Source: Dehalococcoidia bacterium (lineage in GTDB: Bacteria > Chloroflexota > Dehalococcoidia > UBA6926). Taken from it: a stretch of 64,000 nucleotides of DNA. The stretch is from contig CAXXET010000007.1 of assembly GCA_963666115.2 (NCBI GenBank), positions 64,001 through 128,000 of the forward strand, read 5' to 3'. The position numbers and the translations under genes were made by a program. Below the pieces are notes generated by a model that worked only from the letters and a program-made list of their open reading frames with translations, did not search any database and was not told where the DNA came from. Of this stretch, positions 29,813 through 40,311 are shown in pieces (position 1 is the stretch's first letter; each line of letters opens with the position of its first letter).

Positions 29813-29896
29813 CTCTGATGACCCTCCGGCTGCCATTGTAGTCGGTTTGGACCGCTCATCCCCACCCCGCCGTCCGCAACACGATAAACTAGACAC

Positions 29897-30832
29897 ATGA
29901 CCGGCAGCATACTGGACACTATCGGCAACACGCCCCTCGTTGAGCTCAAGCGGCTTCAGCCCAAGCCGGGCGTCCGCCTTTTTGCCAAGCTGGAGGGGCA
30001 GAACCCCACCGGCAGCGTGAAGGACCGCATCGCCCTCCTCATGGTGGAGAACGCCGAGGCGGACCGCACGCTCGGCGACGGCCGCATCATCCTCGAACCC
30101 TCCAGCGGCAACACCGGCGTCTCCCTCGCCATGGTCGCCCGCTACAAGGGCTACGACGTGACCGTCGTCCTGCCGGACAACGTCACCGAAGAGCGGCAGA
30201 CGCTGATCGAGTCATTCGGCGCGAACGTCGTGTTCAGCGAGGGCCGTCACGGCACCAATGGCGCGATCGAAGTCGCGCAGCAGATGGCGAACGACGAGCC
30301 TGACAAGTACGTGATGTTGTACCAGTACGGCAACGAGGCCAATCCGCGCGCGCACTACGACGGCACGGGCGAGGAGATCATCCGTCAGCTGCCGGAGGTG
30401 GACACGTTCGTCGCGGGGCTTGGCACGGGCGGCACGCTCACCGGCGTCGGGCGGCGTCTCAAGGAGCACAACCCGGACGCGCGAATAATAGCAGTCGTGC
30501 CGCACCCGGAGGAGCGCATCCAGGGCCTGCGTTCGCTCGAGGACGGGTTCATCCCGCCGATCCTGGATACGACCGTGCTGGACGGCCAGTTCATCATCAC
30601 GTCGCGTGAATCATTCGAGAAGACGCGGGAACTGTTGCAGACGGAGAGCATCTTCGCGGGCATCTCATCCGGCGCGGTGCTGGCGTGCGCGCAGCGGCTG
30701 GCGGAGCGGATGGACAGCGGCAACATCGTCTGCCTGTTCGCGGACGGCGGCTGGAAGTACCTGTCAACGGGGCTGTGGACGCGCCCGCTCGATGAGATCG
30801 ACGCGGAGATGGGGCGCAAGATCTGGTGGTAG
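29897..30832 (+). CDS. cysM: PLP-dependent cysteine synthase (CysM-type)
   Basis: IGNTPLV, KLEGQNPTGSVKDR, SSGNTG, GLGTGGT, ADGGWKYLSTG..WW tail typical of sulfur-carrier-dependent CysM. Confidence 0.85.
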   Translation: MTGSILDTIGNTPLVELKRLQPKPGVRLFAKLEGQNPTGSVKDRIALLMVENAEADRTLGDGRIILEPSSGNTGVSLAMVARYKGYDVTVVLPDNVTEERQTLIESFGANVVFSEGRHGTNGAIEVAQQMANDEPDKYVMLYQYGNEANPRAHYDGTGEEIIRQLPEVDTFVAGLGTGGTLTGVGRRLKEHNPDARIIAVVPHPEERIQGLRSLEDGFIPPILDTTVLDGQFIITSRESFEKTRELLQTESIFAGISSGAVLACAQRLAERMDSGNIVCLFADGGWKYLSTGLWTRPLDEIDAEMGRKIWW

Positions 30833-31398
30833 CCGACGACGGCGGCCCGTCACAGAGCACGAACGCGCCGAGCAGATTCGGCAGGCAGTTCGTGCCATTC
30901 GCCGCGGTCACGCTGGCCGTCTACATCGCCGACCAGGCGACCAAGCTGCTGATCGTCAGCAATCTGCGCCTGTATGAGTCGGTCCTTGACACGGGCCTGC
31001 TGCGGCTGACCTACGTGACGAACAGCGGCAGCGCGTTCGGCCTGCTGCGCGGCCAGACGGAGTTCCTCGTCCTGGTCAGCCTGATCGGCGTTCTGGGCGT
31101 CATCTTCTACTACCGCGCCAACGGACGCGAAAGCGCGCTGCTCCGGTACTCCCTGGCCCTGTTGCTGGGCGGGGCGCTGGGGAACCTGACAGACCGCCTC
31201 GTGCGCGGCGCAGTCGTCGATTTCATCAGCGTGCGCGTGTGGAGCGACTACTACTTCCCGACGTTCAACGTGGCGGATTCCGCGCTGACCATCGGCCTGT
31301 TCGCGCTGGCTTTCTACGTGCTGAGGAATCGGGCGACGGAGAAGAAGCGGGAGGCGGAGGATGGCGAGGGAGCTGATTCTTCGCTGCGCTCAGAATGA
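30826..31398 (+). CDS. lspA: Signal peptidase II
   Basis: ADQATK, NSGSAFG, GGALGNLTDR, VVDFI, FNVADS. Confidence 0.95.
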   Translation: MVADDGGPSQSTNAPSRFGRQFVPFAAVTLAVYIADQATKLLIVSNLRLYESVLDTGLLRLTYVTNSGSAFGLLRGQTEFLVLVSLIGVLGVIFYYRANGRESALLRYSLALLLGGALGNLTDRLVRGAVVDFISVRVWSDYYFPTFNVADSALTIGLFALAFYVLRNRATEKKREAEDGEGADSSLRSE

Positions 31399-31400
31399 CA
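31375..31400 (-). repeat. GTCATTCTGA-type REP-like element overlapping the lspA 3' end
   Basis: Reverse strand reads TGTCATTCTGAGCGCAGCGAAGAATC. Confidence 0.7.
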
Positions 31401-31430
31401 CACGAAATAAGGGGCAGGATTCCTATGGAC

Positions 31431-31467
31431 TGTCATTCTGAACGGAGCGCAGCGGAGTGAAGAATCT
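31431..31467 (+). repeat. GTCATTCTGA-type REP-like element overlapping the RluA start
   Basis: TGTCATTCTGAACGGAGCGCAGCGGAGTGAAGAATCT. Confidence 0.7.
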
Positions 31468-32419
31468 AGTTACCCAACTGACGGTTCCCGCTGAGCCGGC
31501 GGAGCGGCGGCTGGATCGGTTCCTGGCCGCGGCGCTCGGCGATGATGTCTCGCGGTCCCTGATTGGGCGTCTGATCCAGGATGGGCGCGTCACGGTCAAC
31601 GGTGAAATCCCCCGCAAGCGCGGCCATGCCGTCGAAGCGGGCGACGTGATTGAGATTGCGGGCGATATTTCAACTGACGCCGGTGACGACCTGCAGCCGG
31701 AGCGCGCCACCCTGCATGTCCTCTATGAGGACGATGCCCTGCTCGCCATCGACAAGCCGCCCGGCATCGCCGTCCATCCCGGCCCCGGCCACACAACGGG
31801 AACCATCGTGAACGCCCTGTTGGGGCGCGAGGGCCCGCTGTCCACGATTGGCGGCGACGACAGGCCGGGCATCGTCCATCGGCTGGACAAGGATACCTCC
31901 GGCGTGATGCTCGTCGCCAAGAACGACGCGGCGCACGCGGCGCTGTCGCGGCAGTTCCAGTCTCGCAGCGTTGAAAAGGTGTACGCCGCCCTGCTGCGCG
32001 GGCTGCTGGAGCCGCCAACCGGCGTGATTGAGGCCGCGTTGGGCCGCGACCCGCGCCATCGCCAGCGAATGGCCGTCGTCGCAGCGGGCCGCCCCGCCGC
32101 GACACGCTACCGTGTCCTCGCCCACGTCAAAGGCGGCTACACGCTCACTGAGGCGAGACCGCAGACGGGTCGTCTTCACCAGATTCGCGTGCATTTCGCC
32201 TCGCTGCGCCATCCGGTGGCGGGGGACGTCATCTACGCGCGCGGCAGCCGTGATCCCGTGCCGCGCCTCTTCCTGCACGCGCTGTCGCTCAAATTCGCGC
32301 ATCCGCAGAGCGAAGAGCCACTGGAGATTCGTTCCCCGCTGGCGGACGATCTTGCCGGATGTCTCACGGAGCTGACGGCGGGAACACCGGAGTCCGCCCT
32401 CGTCGATTCCCTGCGCTAG
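31457..32419 (+). CDS. RluA/RluD-family pseudouridine synthase with S4 domain
   Basis: RLDRFLA, DKPPG, RPGIVHRLDKDTSG, TGRLHQIRVH. Confidence 0.93.
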   Translation: MKNLVTQLTVPAEPAERRLDRFLAAALGDDVSRSLIGRLIQDGRVTVNGEIPRKRGHAVEAGDVIEIAGDISTDAGDDLQPERATLHVLYEDDALLAIDKPPGIAVHPGPGHTTGTIVNALLGREGPLSTIGGDDRPGIVHRLDKDTSGVMLVAKNDAAHAALSRQFQSRSVEKVYAALLRGLLEPPTGVIEAALGRDPRHRQRMAVVAAGRPAATRYRVLAHVKGGYTLTEARPQTGRLHQIRVHFASLRHPVAGDVIYARGSRDPVPRLFLHALSLKFAHPQSEEPLEIRSPLADDLAGCLTELTAGTPESALVDSLR

Positions 32420-32428
32420 AATAGAGAC

Positions 32429-33988
32429 ATGCCCACCGATACTGCGCCTACGCGCACGCGCTATGCCCCAAGCCCGACGGGCGATCCCCACGTCGGCAAC
32501 GTTCGCAGCGCCCTGTTTGCCTGGCTGTTTGCCCGCAGCACCGGCGGCGTGTTCGCCGTCCGCATCGAGGACACCGACCAGGAGCGCCGCATCCCGGGTA
32601 GCGAGGAGCGCATCCTCGACTCCCTGCGCTGGCTCGGCATCGAGTGGGACGAGGGGCCGGACATCGGCGGGCCGTACGGGCCGTATGTGCAGTCGCAGCG
32701 GCTCGAGGGCTACGGCGCGGCGGGAAAGCGGCTCATCGAACGGGACGCCGCATACTACTGCTACTGCACGCCCGAGCGGTTGGACGCGCTCCGGGCGGCG
32801 CAGCAGAAACGCAGCGTGCCCACAGGCTATGACCGCCGCTGCCGCAACCTGAGCGCGGAGGAGCGCGAGCGGGAAGAGGCGGAGAACAGCGCCCATCGCG
32901 TCGTCCGCTTCAAGACGCCCCTCAGCGGGCGCACCACGTTCACGGACGTCATTCGCGGCGATGTGTCATGGGAGAACCGGCTCATAGATGATTTCGTCAT
33001 TCTCAAGTCGGACGGGTTCCCCACCTATCATCTCGCCAACGTGGTCGATGACGTGGCGATGGAAATCACCCACGTGATCCGCGGCGATGAGTGGATGTCC
33101 TCCGCCCCGCGCCACGCCATGATCTACGACGCGCTGGGCTACACGCCGCCCGTGTTCGCGCATCTGCCGCTGATTCTGGGCTCCGACCGCACCAAGCTCT
33201 CCAAGCGCCACGGCTCCGTCTCCCTGCTCGACTACCGCGATGAGGGATTCCTGCCGGAGGCCATGCTGAACTTTTTGGCGCTGCTCGGGTGGTCGCTCGA
33301 CGACAAGACCACGCAGATGACGCGCAAGGAGTTGATCGCGGGATTCTCACTTGATCGCGTCTCCGCATCACCGGCGATGTTCGACCGCGAGAAGCTGGAA
33401 TGGCTCAACGGCGTCTACATCCGCGAGATGCCGCCGGAGGCGTTCGTGGAATCAGCGCGCCCCTACCTGGACGACGGGCTGCCAACGGCAATCCCCCGCC
33501 CGCTTGATGACGAACTGGCGCGAGAGGCGGCCATCCTGACCCAGGACCGCGCGCGCCTCCTGAGCGAGATGCCGGAGCTGTGCGAATTCTTCTTCACGGA
33601 CGAGGTGTCGTTCCCGCCCGCGCTGATCTGGGCCGGCATGGGCGACAAGGCCATGAAGCGCATGGCGGACGGCGGCGAAGACCTGTCGCGCGTGCTGCTG
33701 CCGGAGGACGCGCCAACGGTGTCCGCATGGCTGAATGCCGCCGCCAATGCCATCGAGAAGATACAGTCGTGGAATCACGACGCCATCGAAAGCCGTTTCC
33801 GCGCCCTCGTTGAGGAGCTCGGCACGTCCGGCCGCAAGCTGTTCGGCGCGGTGCGGGTAGCGACGACGGGCCGGACAGCGGCGCCGCCCCTCTTCGTCAC
33901 GCTTGAAGCAATTGGGCGGGAGCGCGCGGCGGCACGAACGCGCGCGGCGGCAGCGGCGCTCCTTGACACAGATTTGGCGCGTTCGTAG
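32429..33988 (+). CDS. gltX: Glutamate--tRNA ligase
   Basis: RYAPSPTGDPHVG, RIEDTD, YHLANVVDD, KLSKRHG. Confidence 0.96.
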   Translation: MPTDTAPTRTRYAPSPTGDPHVGNVRSALFAWLFARSTGGVFAVRIEDTDQERRIPGSEERILDSLRWLGIEWDEGPDIGGPYGPYVQSQRLEGYGAAGKRLIERDAAYYCYCTPERLDALRAAQQKRSVPTGYDRRCRNLSAEEREREEAENSAHRVVRFKTPLSGRTTFTDVIRGDVSWENRLIDDFVILKSDGFPTYHLANVVDDVAMEITHVIRGDEWMSSAPRHAMIYDALGYTPPVFAHLPLILGSDRTKLSKRHGSVSLLDYRDEGFLPEAMLNFLALLGWSLDDKTTQMTRKELIAGFSLDRVSASPAMFDREKLEWLNGVYIREMPPEAFVESARPYLDDGLPTAIPRPLDDELAREAAILTQDRARLLSEMPELCEFFFTDEVSFPPALIWAGMGDKAMKRMADGGEDLSRVLLPEDAPTVSAWLNAAANAIEKIQSWNHDAIESRFRALVEELGTSGRKLFGAVRVATTGRTAAPPLFVTLEAIGRERAAARTRAAAAALLDTDLARS

Positions 33989-33991
33989 CAT
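33963..33991 (+). promoter_or_regulatory. Sigma70 promoter for tRNA-Asp embedded in the gltX 3' end
   Basis: TTGACA-N17-TAGCAT. Confidence 0.65.
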
Positions 33992-34001
33992 GAGCTAGCG
34001 C

Positions 34002-34080
34002 GGCCCGGTGGTGTAGTCTGGCTCAACATACTGCCCTGTCACGGCAGAGATCACGGGTTCAAATCCCGTCCGGGTCGCCA
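34002..34080 (+). tRNA. tRNA-Asp(GUC)
   Basis: CTGCC-CTGTCAC-GGCAG anticodon arm, GGTTCAAATCC, 3' CCA. Confidence 0.95.
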
Positions 34081-34120
34081 GAATTATTTTTGCGGAAGAG
34101 CAGCGAGAACGCGCACGAAC

Positions 34121-35119
34121 ATGGCCAACCCGTACCTGCTGGGCGTCGATGTCGGGGGAACGCAGACGCGCGTCGCCATCGCCCGCAGGCCCCGCGGCTC
34201 GATGCGCCGCACGGCATTCGCCTCCCCCGCCCGCTCCGATCCCAAACTCCTCATTGACGGCATCGTCGAGGCCGCCCACGAACTCATCGGCAAGGCCAAC
34301 GGCGAACTCGCCGCGGGCGTCGTCGCCTGCGCGGGCACGGTGGACACTGCGACAGGCGTCATCGTCGAATCGCCGAATCTGCCCATGGTGCGCGAGTTCG
34401 CGATGGCGGACGCGCTCACCGAGCGCCTGGACATCCCCATCGAGATCGAGAACGACGCCACCGCAGCCGCCCACGCCGTCCACCAAATGGGCGCGGGGCG
34501 CGGCACGAAGGAGATGATCTACCTCACCATCAGCACGGGCATCGGCGGCGGCATCGTCTCCGGCGGCAAGCTGCTGCGCGGCATCGCGGGAGCGGCGGGC
34601 GAGTTCGGCCACATGACCATCGGCATGAATGCCGGCATCCAATGCCCGTGCGGGCTGTCGTCCGGCTGCTTTGAGACTCTCGCCTCCGGCACGGCGATCG
34701 CTCGCATGGCACGGATGCGGATCGAGGCGGGCGGCGATTCGATTCTCGTTGAGAAGGCGCGGGAGGGCGGCAGCGAGAGCATTACGGCGCGTGACGTGTT
34801 CGACGCGGCGGAGCAGGATGATGCGCTTGCGCGCTCGGTGGTCGATGAGGCAGGGCACGCGCTCGGCGTCGGCCTCGCCAACATCGTCAACATCTTCAAC
34901 CCGGAGTTGATCGTGCTGGGCGGCGGGCTGGCGCGCGGCCAGGACGAATACGTAGAGCACGGCATCAGCGTCGCGCGGGAGCGCGCGTTCAAACTCCAGA
35001 ACCGCACCGTTCGATTTGAAGTGACCGAACTCGGAGACGACAACGGCTTGCGCGGCGCGCTGCTGCTGGCGCGGGAGTTGAACTCTCGCATGCGCCGGGC
35101 CGCGCGGCGCGGCGGCTGA
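34121..35119 (+). CDS. ROK-family sugar kinase
   Basis: GVDVGGT, ENDA, STGIGGG, GEFGH, CPCG..GCFE. Confidence 0.9.
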   Translation: MANPYLLGVDVGGTQTRVAIARRPRGSMRRTAFASPARSDPKLLIDGIVEAAHELIGKANGELAAGVVACAGTVDTATGVIVESPNLPMVREFAMADALTERLDIPIEIENDATAAAHAVHQMGAGRGTKEMIYLTISTGIGGGIVSGGKLLRGIAGAAGEFGHMTIGMNAGIQCPCGLSSGCFETLASGTAIARMARMRIEAGGDSILVEKAREGGSESITARDVFDAAEQDDALARSVVDEAGHALGVGLANIVNIFNPELIVLGGGLARGQDEYVEHGISVARERAFKLQNRTVRFEVTELGDDNGLRGALLLARELNSRMRRAARRGG

Positions 35120-35138
35120 GGAAAGGGGGCACTGCCCG

Positions 35139-35891
35139 ATGGAGGGAACGGCAAACAAGGGCGGCGCCCTCGACTACGTGAGCATCACGCCAACGGACTA
35201 TGACGAATCCCGCGCCTATCCCGTCATCATCCTGGTGCATGGGTTCGGCGCGAGCATGTACGACCTCGCGGGCCTTGCGCCCGCAATTCACCAGACGGGC
35301 TACGTGTACCTCTGCCCGAACGGCACCGTGCCGCTGGACATCGGCGGCGGGCAGGTCGGATACGGGTGGACGACGCCGGGCGGCTTCAATGACCCGGAGG
35401 AGGACAAGCGCTCACAGGAGGCGTTCGACGCCTTCATGGAGGAGATGCGCGAGCCGTACAAGCTTGCGCCGGGCAAGTCCCTGATCATCGGCTTCTCGCA
35501 GGGCGGCGGGATCGCCTATCGCTACGGCCTCCCCAGGCCGGACGTGTTCGCCGGCATCGGCGCGCTCAGCGCATCGATCAACGATATGGAGGAGCTTGCG
35601 GCACAGTTGCCCGACGAGAAGACGCAGCCCATCTTCATCGGCCACGGCAACCAGGACCAGGTCGTGCCCATTGACCGGGGCCGTTCGGCGAACACGCAGT
35701 TGCAGGCGTGGGGCTACGGTGACCTCGTCTACAACGAATACGATGGCGCGGCGCATGAAATAACGCCAACCGAGCTCCGAGACCTGGCCCAATGGGTAGC
35801 CCGCGTCCTCCCGCCTGCGGATGCACAGACGCCGGGCGTCTCTCCCGGCCGGCGGCATCATCCTGCCCTAGCCCGATGCGTATCGGCCTGA
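35139..35891 (+). CDS. Phospholipase/carboxylesterase (alpha/beta hydrolase); true stop may be 35871 (GGIILP*) if one indel is removed
   Basis: VHGFG, GFSQGG, GHGNQDQVV, AHEI. Confidence 0.85.
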   Translation: MEGTANKGGALDYVSITPTDYDESRAYPVIILVHGFGASMYDLAGLAPAIHQTGYVYLCPNGTVPLDIGGGQVGYGWTTPGGFNDPEEDKRSQEAFDAFMEEMREPYKLAPGKSLIIGFSQGGGIAYRYGLPRPDVFAGIGALSASINDMEELAAQLPDEKTQPIFIGHGNQDQVVPIDRGRSANTQLQAWGYGDLVYNEYDGAAHEITPTELRDLAQWVARVLPPADAQTPGVSPGRRHHPALARCVSA

Positions 35892-36421
35892 TCTCGGACA
35901 CCCACGTCCCCGAGGCCGGCGAGCGTATGCCCGCCCAGGTCTTTGATCTGCTCGCAGGTGTGGACATGGTGATGCACGGCGGCGATATGCACCTCATCGA
36001 CGTGCTGGACTGGCTGGAGGCCATCGCGCCTGTCATCGGGGCGCGGGGGGAACGGCGACGGCGACGGATTCCGCCCGCCCTTCCCGGACGATGATCCCCG
36101 CGTCAAGCACGCCCACGTGGTTGAAGCGGAAGGCGTCAGCATCGGCCTGGTTCACGGATTTCCCCTGCCCGCAGGACACCCCGTGGATCACGACTGAGGC
36201 CCTGATGGAGCGCAACTTCAACCAGCCAGTGGACGTCATCGTTTGCGGCGACACTCACGTCGCGCATATCGAGCGCACGGAGTCCGGCGTCCTGATCGTT
36301 AACCCCGGCAGCCCCGCCCTCCCCCGCAACATCCGCGAACCGGGCCACGTGGGGCATCCTGACTATCGAAGACGGGCAGGCAGCGGCGGAGATTCTGAGC
36401 CTGACCAGCCTGGCGTACTAG
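35876..36421 (+). CDS. YfcE-like metallophosphoesterase, frameshifted
   Basis: MRIGLISDTH, HGGD, then VCGDTH and NPGS in downstream frames. Confidence 0.75.
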
Positions 36422-36428
36422 GGGTGGC

Positions 36429-38259
36429 ATGACTGACCAACATTCGCGGTTGGATGTCCTGAAGTCGCGTTTCGGGTACGACGATTTCCTCCCGCTCCAG
36501 TCTGAGATCATCGACAATGTCCTGTCGTCACGAGACTCGCTGGTTCTCATGCCCACCGGCGGTGGCAAGTCTCTCTGCTACCAGTTGCCTGCCCTGCTTC
36601 TCGGGGGAACGACGCTCGTCGTGTCGCCCCTGATAGCCCTCATGAAGGACCAGGTGGACGCGCTGAACGAGTCCGGCATCCCGGCGGGTTTCATCAACAG
36701 CTCACTGTCCGCCGCCGAATCGCGGCGAGTGGAAACACAGGTCCGGGAGGGGCGCATCAAGCTGCTCTATATCGCGCCTGAACGACTTGCGCTCCAGGGA
36801 TTCCGCAACGTCCTGCGCCAGTTGGACATCAGCCTGATTGCCATTGATGAGGCGCACTGCATATCGGAGTGGGGCCATGAGTTCCGCCCGGATTACCGCA
36901 ACCTGCGTCAACTGCGTGAGGAGTTCCCGTCAACGCCGGTCATCGCGCTGACCGCCACGGCGACAGAACGCGTTCGCGCCGACATCATCACCCAACTCGG
37001 CCTGCATGAAGGCGGCGTGTTCGTCTCCGGTTTCAATCGGGGCAACCTCCACGTACACCGTCCGGCCAAAGAGCGCCGCGTGGGAAGAACTCCTCGCCCT
37101 CCTCGAAAGCCACAAGGAGCAGCCCGCCATCATTTACTGCTTCTCCAGGCAGGAGACCGAGGACCTGGCCGCCGACCTGACTGACCGGGGCTTCGAGGCT
37201 CGTCCGTACCACGCCGGCCTTGACACTGAGACGCGCCGCAACACGCAGGACGATTTCCTGCGTGATCGCGTTCCTATCGTCGCAGCGACGATCGCGTTTG
37301 GCATGGGCATCGACAAGCCTGACGTCCGTCTGGTCGTCCACTACAGCATGCCAAAGTCGCTGGAGGGCTATTACCAGGAGACGGGGCGGGCAGGCAGAGA
37401 CGGGCTGCCCGCAGAATGTGTCCTCTTCTACGCGTTTGCGGACAAGGCCAGGCAAGACTACTTCATCAACCAAATAGCGGACGAAACAGAACAGCGCGTC
37501 GCGCGCGAGCAGTTGGCGCGAATGGTGGAGTTTGCCCAACTGACGACCTGCCGCCGCCAGTACGTCTTGCGCTACCTCGGAGAGGAATGGCCGGAGGAGA
37601 ACTGCGGCGGCTGCGACGTTTGCCTGAATCCCAGGGACGAATTCGACGCGACGGAGATTTCGCAGAAAGTCCTGTCGGCGGTCATTCGCACCGGAGAGAG
37701 GTTCGGGGCAGCCCACATCATCCGGGTGCTGCGTGGAGGGCGGGATAAGCGAATCCTGGAGATGCAGCACGATAAGCTGAGCGTCTACGGCATCGCGCAG
37801 AATTACGGCAGGCCGCAGCTACGGGAGATCATCGGACAACTGGAATCAAAGGGGCTACTGGCGAACGTCGGCGACAAGTACCCGGTCTTGGGAGTAACGG
37901 TGACAGGGCGTGAGTTCCTGCAGCAGAGACTGTCGATTTCCCTGTTTCGCCCACTGGACGATGGGACGGACCGCGTCGCCTCCCGTCACGGCCAATCGTC
38001 GCTGGATATGCCATTTGACAACGGACTCTTTGAAGAACTGCGCGCGCTGCGGCGGCGTTTGGCAGACGAAAGAGACGTGCCGGCATTCGTGGTCTTTGGC
38101 GATGCCTCCCTCAAGCAAATGGCCGCCCGCCTCCCCCAGACCACCGATGACTTCACCCGCATCTCAGGCGTAGGCACAACCAAGCTAAACCAATACGGCG
38201 CCGACTTCCTGGAGCTAATCCAAACCTACGTCAAGACGCACCGCAGGACGACTCCCTAG
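36429..38259 (+). CDS. recQ: DNA helicase RecQ, frameshift near 37050
   Basis: MPTGGGKSLCYQ, DEAHCISEWGHEFRP, YYQETGRAGRDG, RQC cysteines, HRDC domain. Confidence 0.93.
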
Positions 38260-38381
38260 ACCTATCCCACCTGTTGCCGGACGCCGCCACCATCCAGCAG
38301 ATCGAAAAAGCATTCGAAATCTGCGGCGCGGGCACACAGTGCCTACAGACTGAGTGGGGACGAGTCGAAACTGGGGCAACG

Positions 38382-38818
38382 CTACTCCGGATCTGCCGCC
38401 CCCAAAGGCTTCCACTGCGGCAGCATCTGGTCGCCCCGCTCCTCGAAGTACACCTCCACCGGCATATCGATCTCCACGTCCTCGATGGCGATGCCCTTCA
38501 CGTTGCCGTTCATCCGCACGTCCTCATCCAGCGTGATCACAGCGTAGATATACGGCACGTCCTCATTGAACGAGGGGTGGCCGGGCTGCCGCACCACGAT
38601 GAAGCTATAGATGCGCCCCTTGCCGCTCGTGTTGATCCACTCCAGGTTATCGGAGAGGCACTCGGGACAACGCTCGCGCGGGTAGAAGAAGCGGCTGCCG
38701 CACGTGCGGCAGCGCTGAATCATCAGCCGGCCCCTCCTTGGTCGCCTCCCAGAACGGCTCCGTGACCCTGGTCCGGGTAGAGGAACCGGCGTTCGGTTAT
38801 CGTCTGCCCCTCTGTCAT
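38382..38818 (-). CDS. Zn-ribbon/OB-fold (DUF35) protein, frameshifted near its N-terminus
   Basis: IQRCRTCG...YPRERCPEC...SGKGRIYSF...VPY. Confidence 0.8.
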
Positions 38819-38926
38819 CGCCCCACTCCTCCGCTCAGCCCCACTACGGGGAAACCTATACGCTTGCGTCGATACCAACCCGTACACGATAGCACTTTTT
38901 GCGGGGCGGAGTGGTACTGTCATGGT

Positions 38927-39295
38927 ATGGACGTTGACGAGTTCGAGAAGTTGGTTGGGCAGGCGCTGGATTCGCTGCCGCCGGAGATCGAGGCGGGCCT
39001 GGATAACGTCGCCATCGTCATCCAGGACTGGCCGACGCGCCACCAGATGGACGAGAACGGCATTCGCGACCGGTACGGCCTGCTCGGGCTATACGAGGGC
39101 ATCGCCCTCACGGATCGCGGCGAGGGCTACAACATGGTCGCGCCGGACAAGATCACCATCTTCCAGAAGCCGATCGAAGCCCTGCGGCTGAGCCCGCGCG
39201 AGACGGTGGAAGAAATCCGCAAGACCGTCCTCCACGAGCTGGCACACCACCTGGGCTTCTCGGAAGACCACATCCACGACCTCGGCTATGGCTAA
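38927..39295 (+). CDS. Zincin-like metallopeptidase family protein (DUF1025-type)
   Basis: LLGLYEG, PDKITIF, TVLHELAHHLG. Confidence 0.88.
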   Translation: MDVDEFEKLVGQALDSLPPEIEAGLDNVAIVIQDWPTRHQMDENGIRDRYGLLGLYEGIALTDRGEGYNMVAPDKITIFQKPIEALRLSPRETVEEIRKTVLHELAHHLGFSEDHIHDLGYG

Positions 39296-40239
39296 GGCGA
39301 CGCTGCCAAAACTGCGGCGGCGGGGTTTTGGAATGGTACCGCAAGCACGGGCGCGATCTGCCCTGGCGGACATCCGACGATCCGTATCACGCGATGGTGG
39401 CGGAGTTCATGCTGCAACAGACGGGCGTGGGCCGCGTCCTGCCCGCCTACGCATCGTTCCTGGAGAGATTCCCCACGCTCGACTCATTGGCCGCCGCGCC
39501 GCTTTCCGACGTGATCCGCGCGTGGAGCGGACTCGGCTACAACCGCCGCGCCGTCAACCTGCAGCGGGCGGCACGGGCCGTCGTGGAGGAGCACGGCGGC
39601 GTCATTCCGCGCGATCCCCATGCGCTTGAAAAACTGCCCGGCATTGGCCGCTACACCGCGGCGGCCATCGCGTGCTTCGCGTTCCACAAGCCCGTGCCCG
39701 TGATGGACACGAACATCCGCCGCGTGCTGGGCAGGCTGCTGACCGGCCACAACGATGTCGACGCCGCAGCGGGATGGGCGCTGGCAGAGGCGGCAGCGCC
39801 CCGCAACGGCGCGCAAGCATCGGCATGGCACCAGGCGCTCATGGACCTGGGCGCGACGGTCTGCACAACGCGACGGCCAAAGTGCAATGAGTGCCCAGTG
39901 AACGATCTATGCGCCGCGCGACCGCTCATCCACGACAAATCCGCCGCGTCAATCAAGTACGCGGAACTGTCCGAGACGATGCCCACGCTCAGAATCGCCG
40001 AACGCCCCCAGCCAACACAGCAGGGCTGGATCGGCACAACCCGCTACTACCGCGGCCGCATCGTTGAAACCCTCCGGAACCATGTGAACGGCGCGATGCC
40101 GTTGGATGAACTCGGTCCTCAGGTCAGAGATGAGTACAACCCCGCCCAACACCTGGAGTGGCTGCGGGGACTGCTGGCCGCGCTGGAAAGGGATGGATTG
40201 GTTATGGTCAAGGGAGACTTAGCAGCCTTGCCACAGTAA
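39288..40239 (+). CDS. mutY: A/G-specific adenine glycosylase, short form, probable indel near start
   Basis: RDLPWR, EFMLQQT, WSGLGYNRRA, LPGIGRYTA, 4Fe-4S motif CTTRRPKCNECPVNDLC. Confidence 0.88.
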
Positions 40240-40241
40240 CC

Positions 40242-40274
40242 CCACCTCCGTCATTCCCGCGAAAGCGGGAATCT
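40242..40274. repeat. CGTC-type REP-like palindrome between convergent genes
   Basis: CCACCTCCGTCATTCCCGCGAAAGCGGGAATCT. Confidence 0.8.
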
Positions 40275-40311
40275 GGATCTCATTGACCCAATCAAATGAC
40301 ATGCGGACAAG

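Noticed and set aside
38260-38381. Intergenic stretch with a loose hairpin and a short peptide-like frame
   Set aside because: Too short and degenerate to assign; may be a gene remnant or terminator
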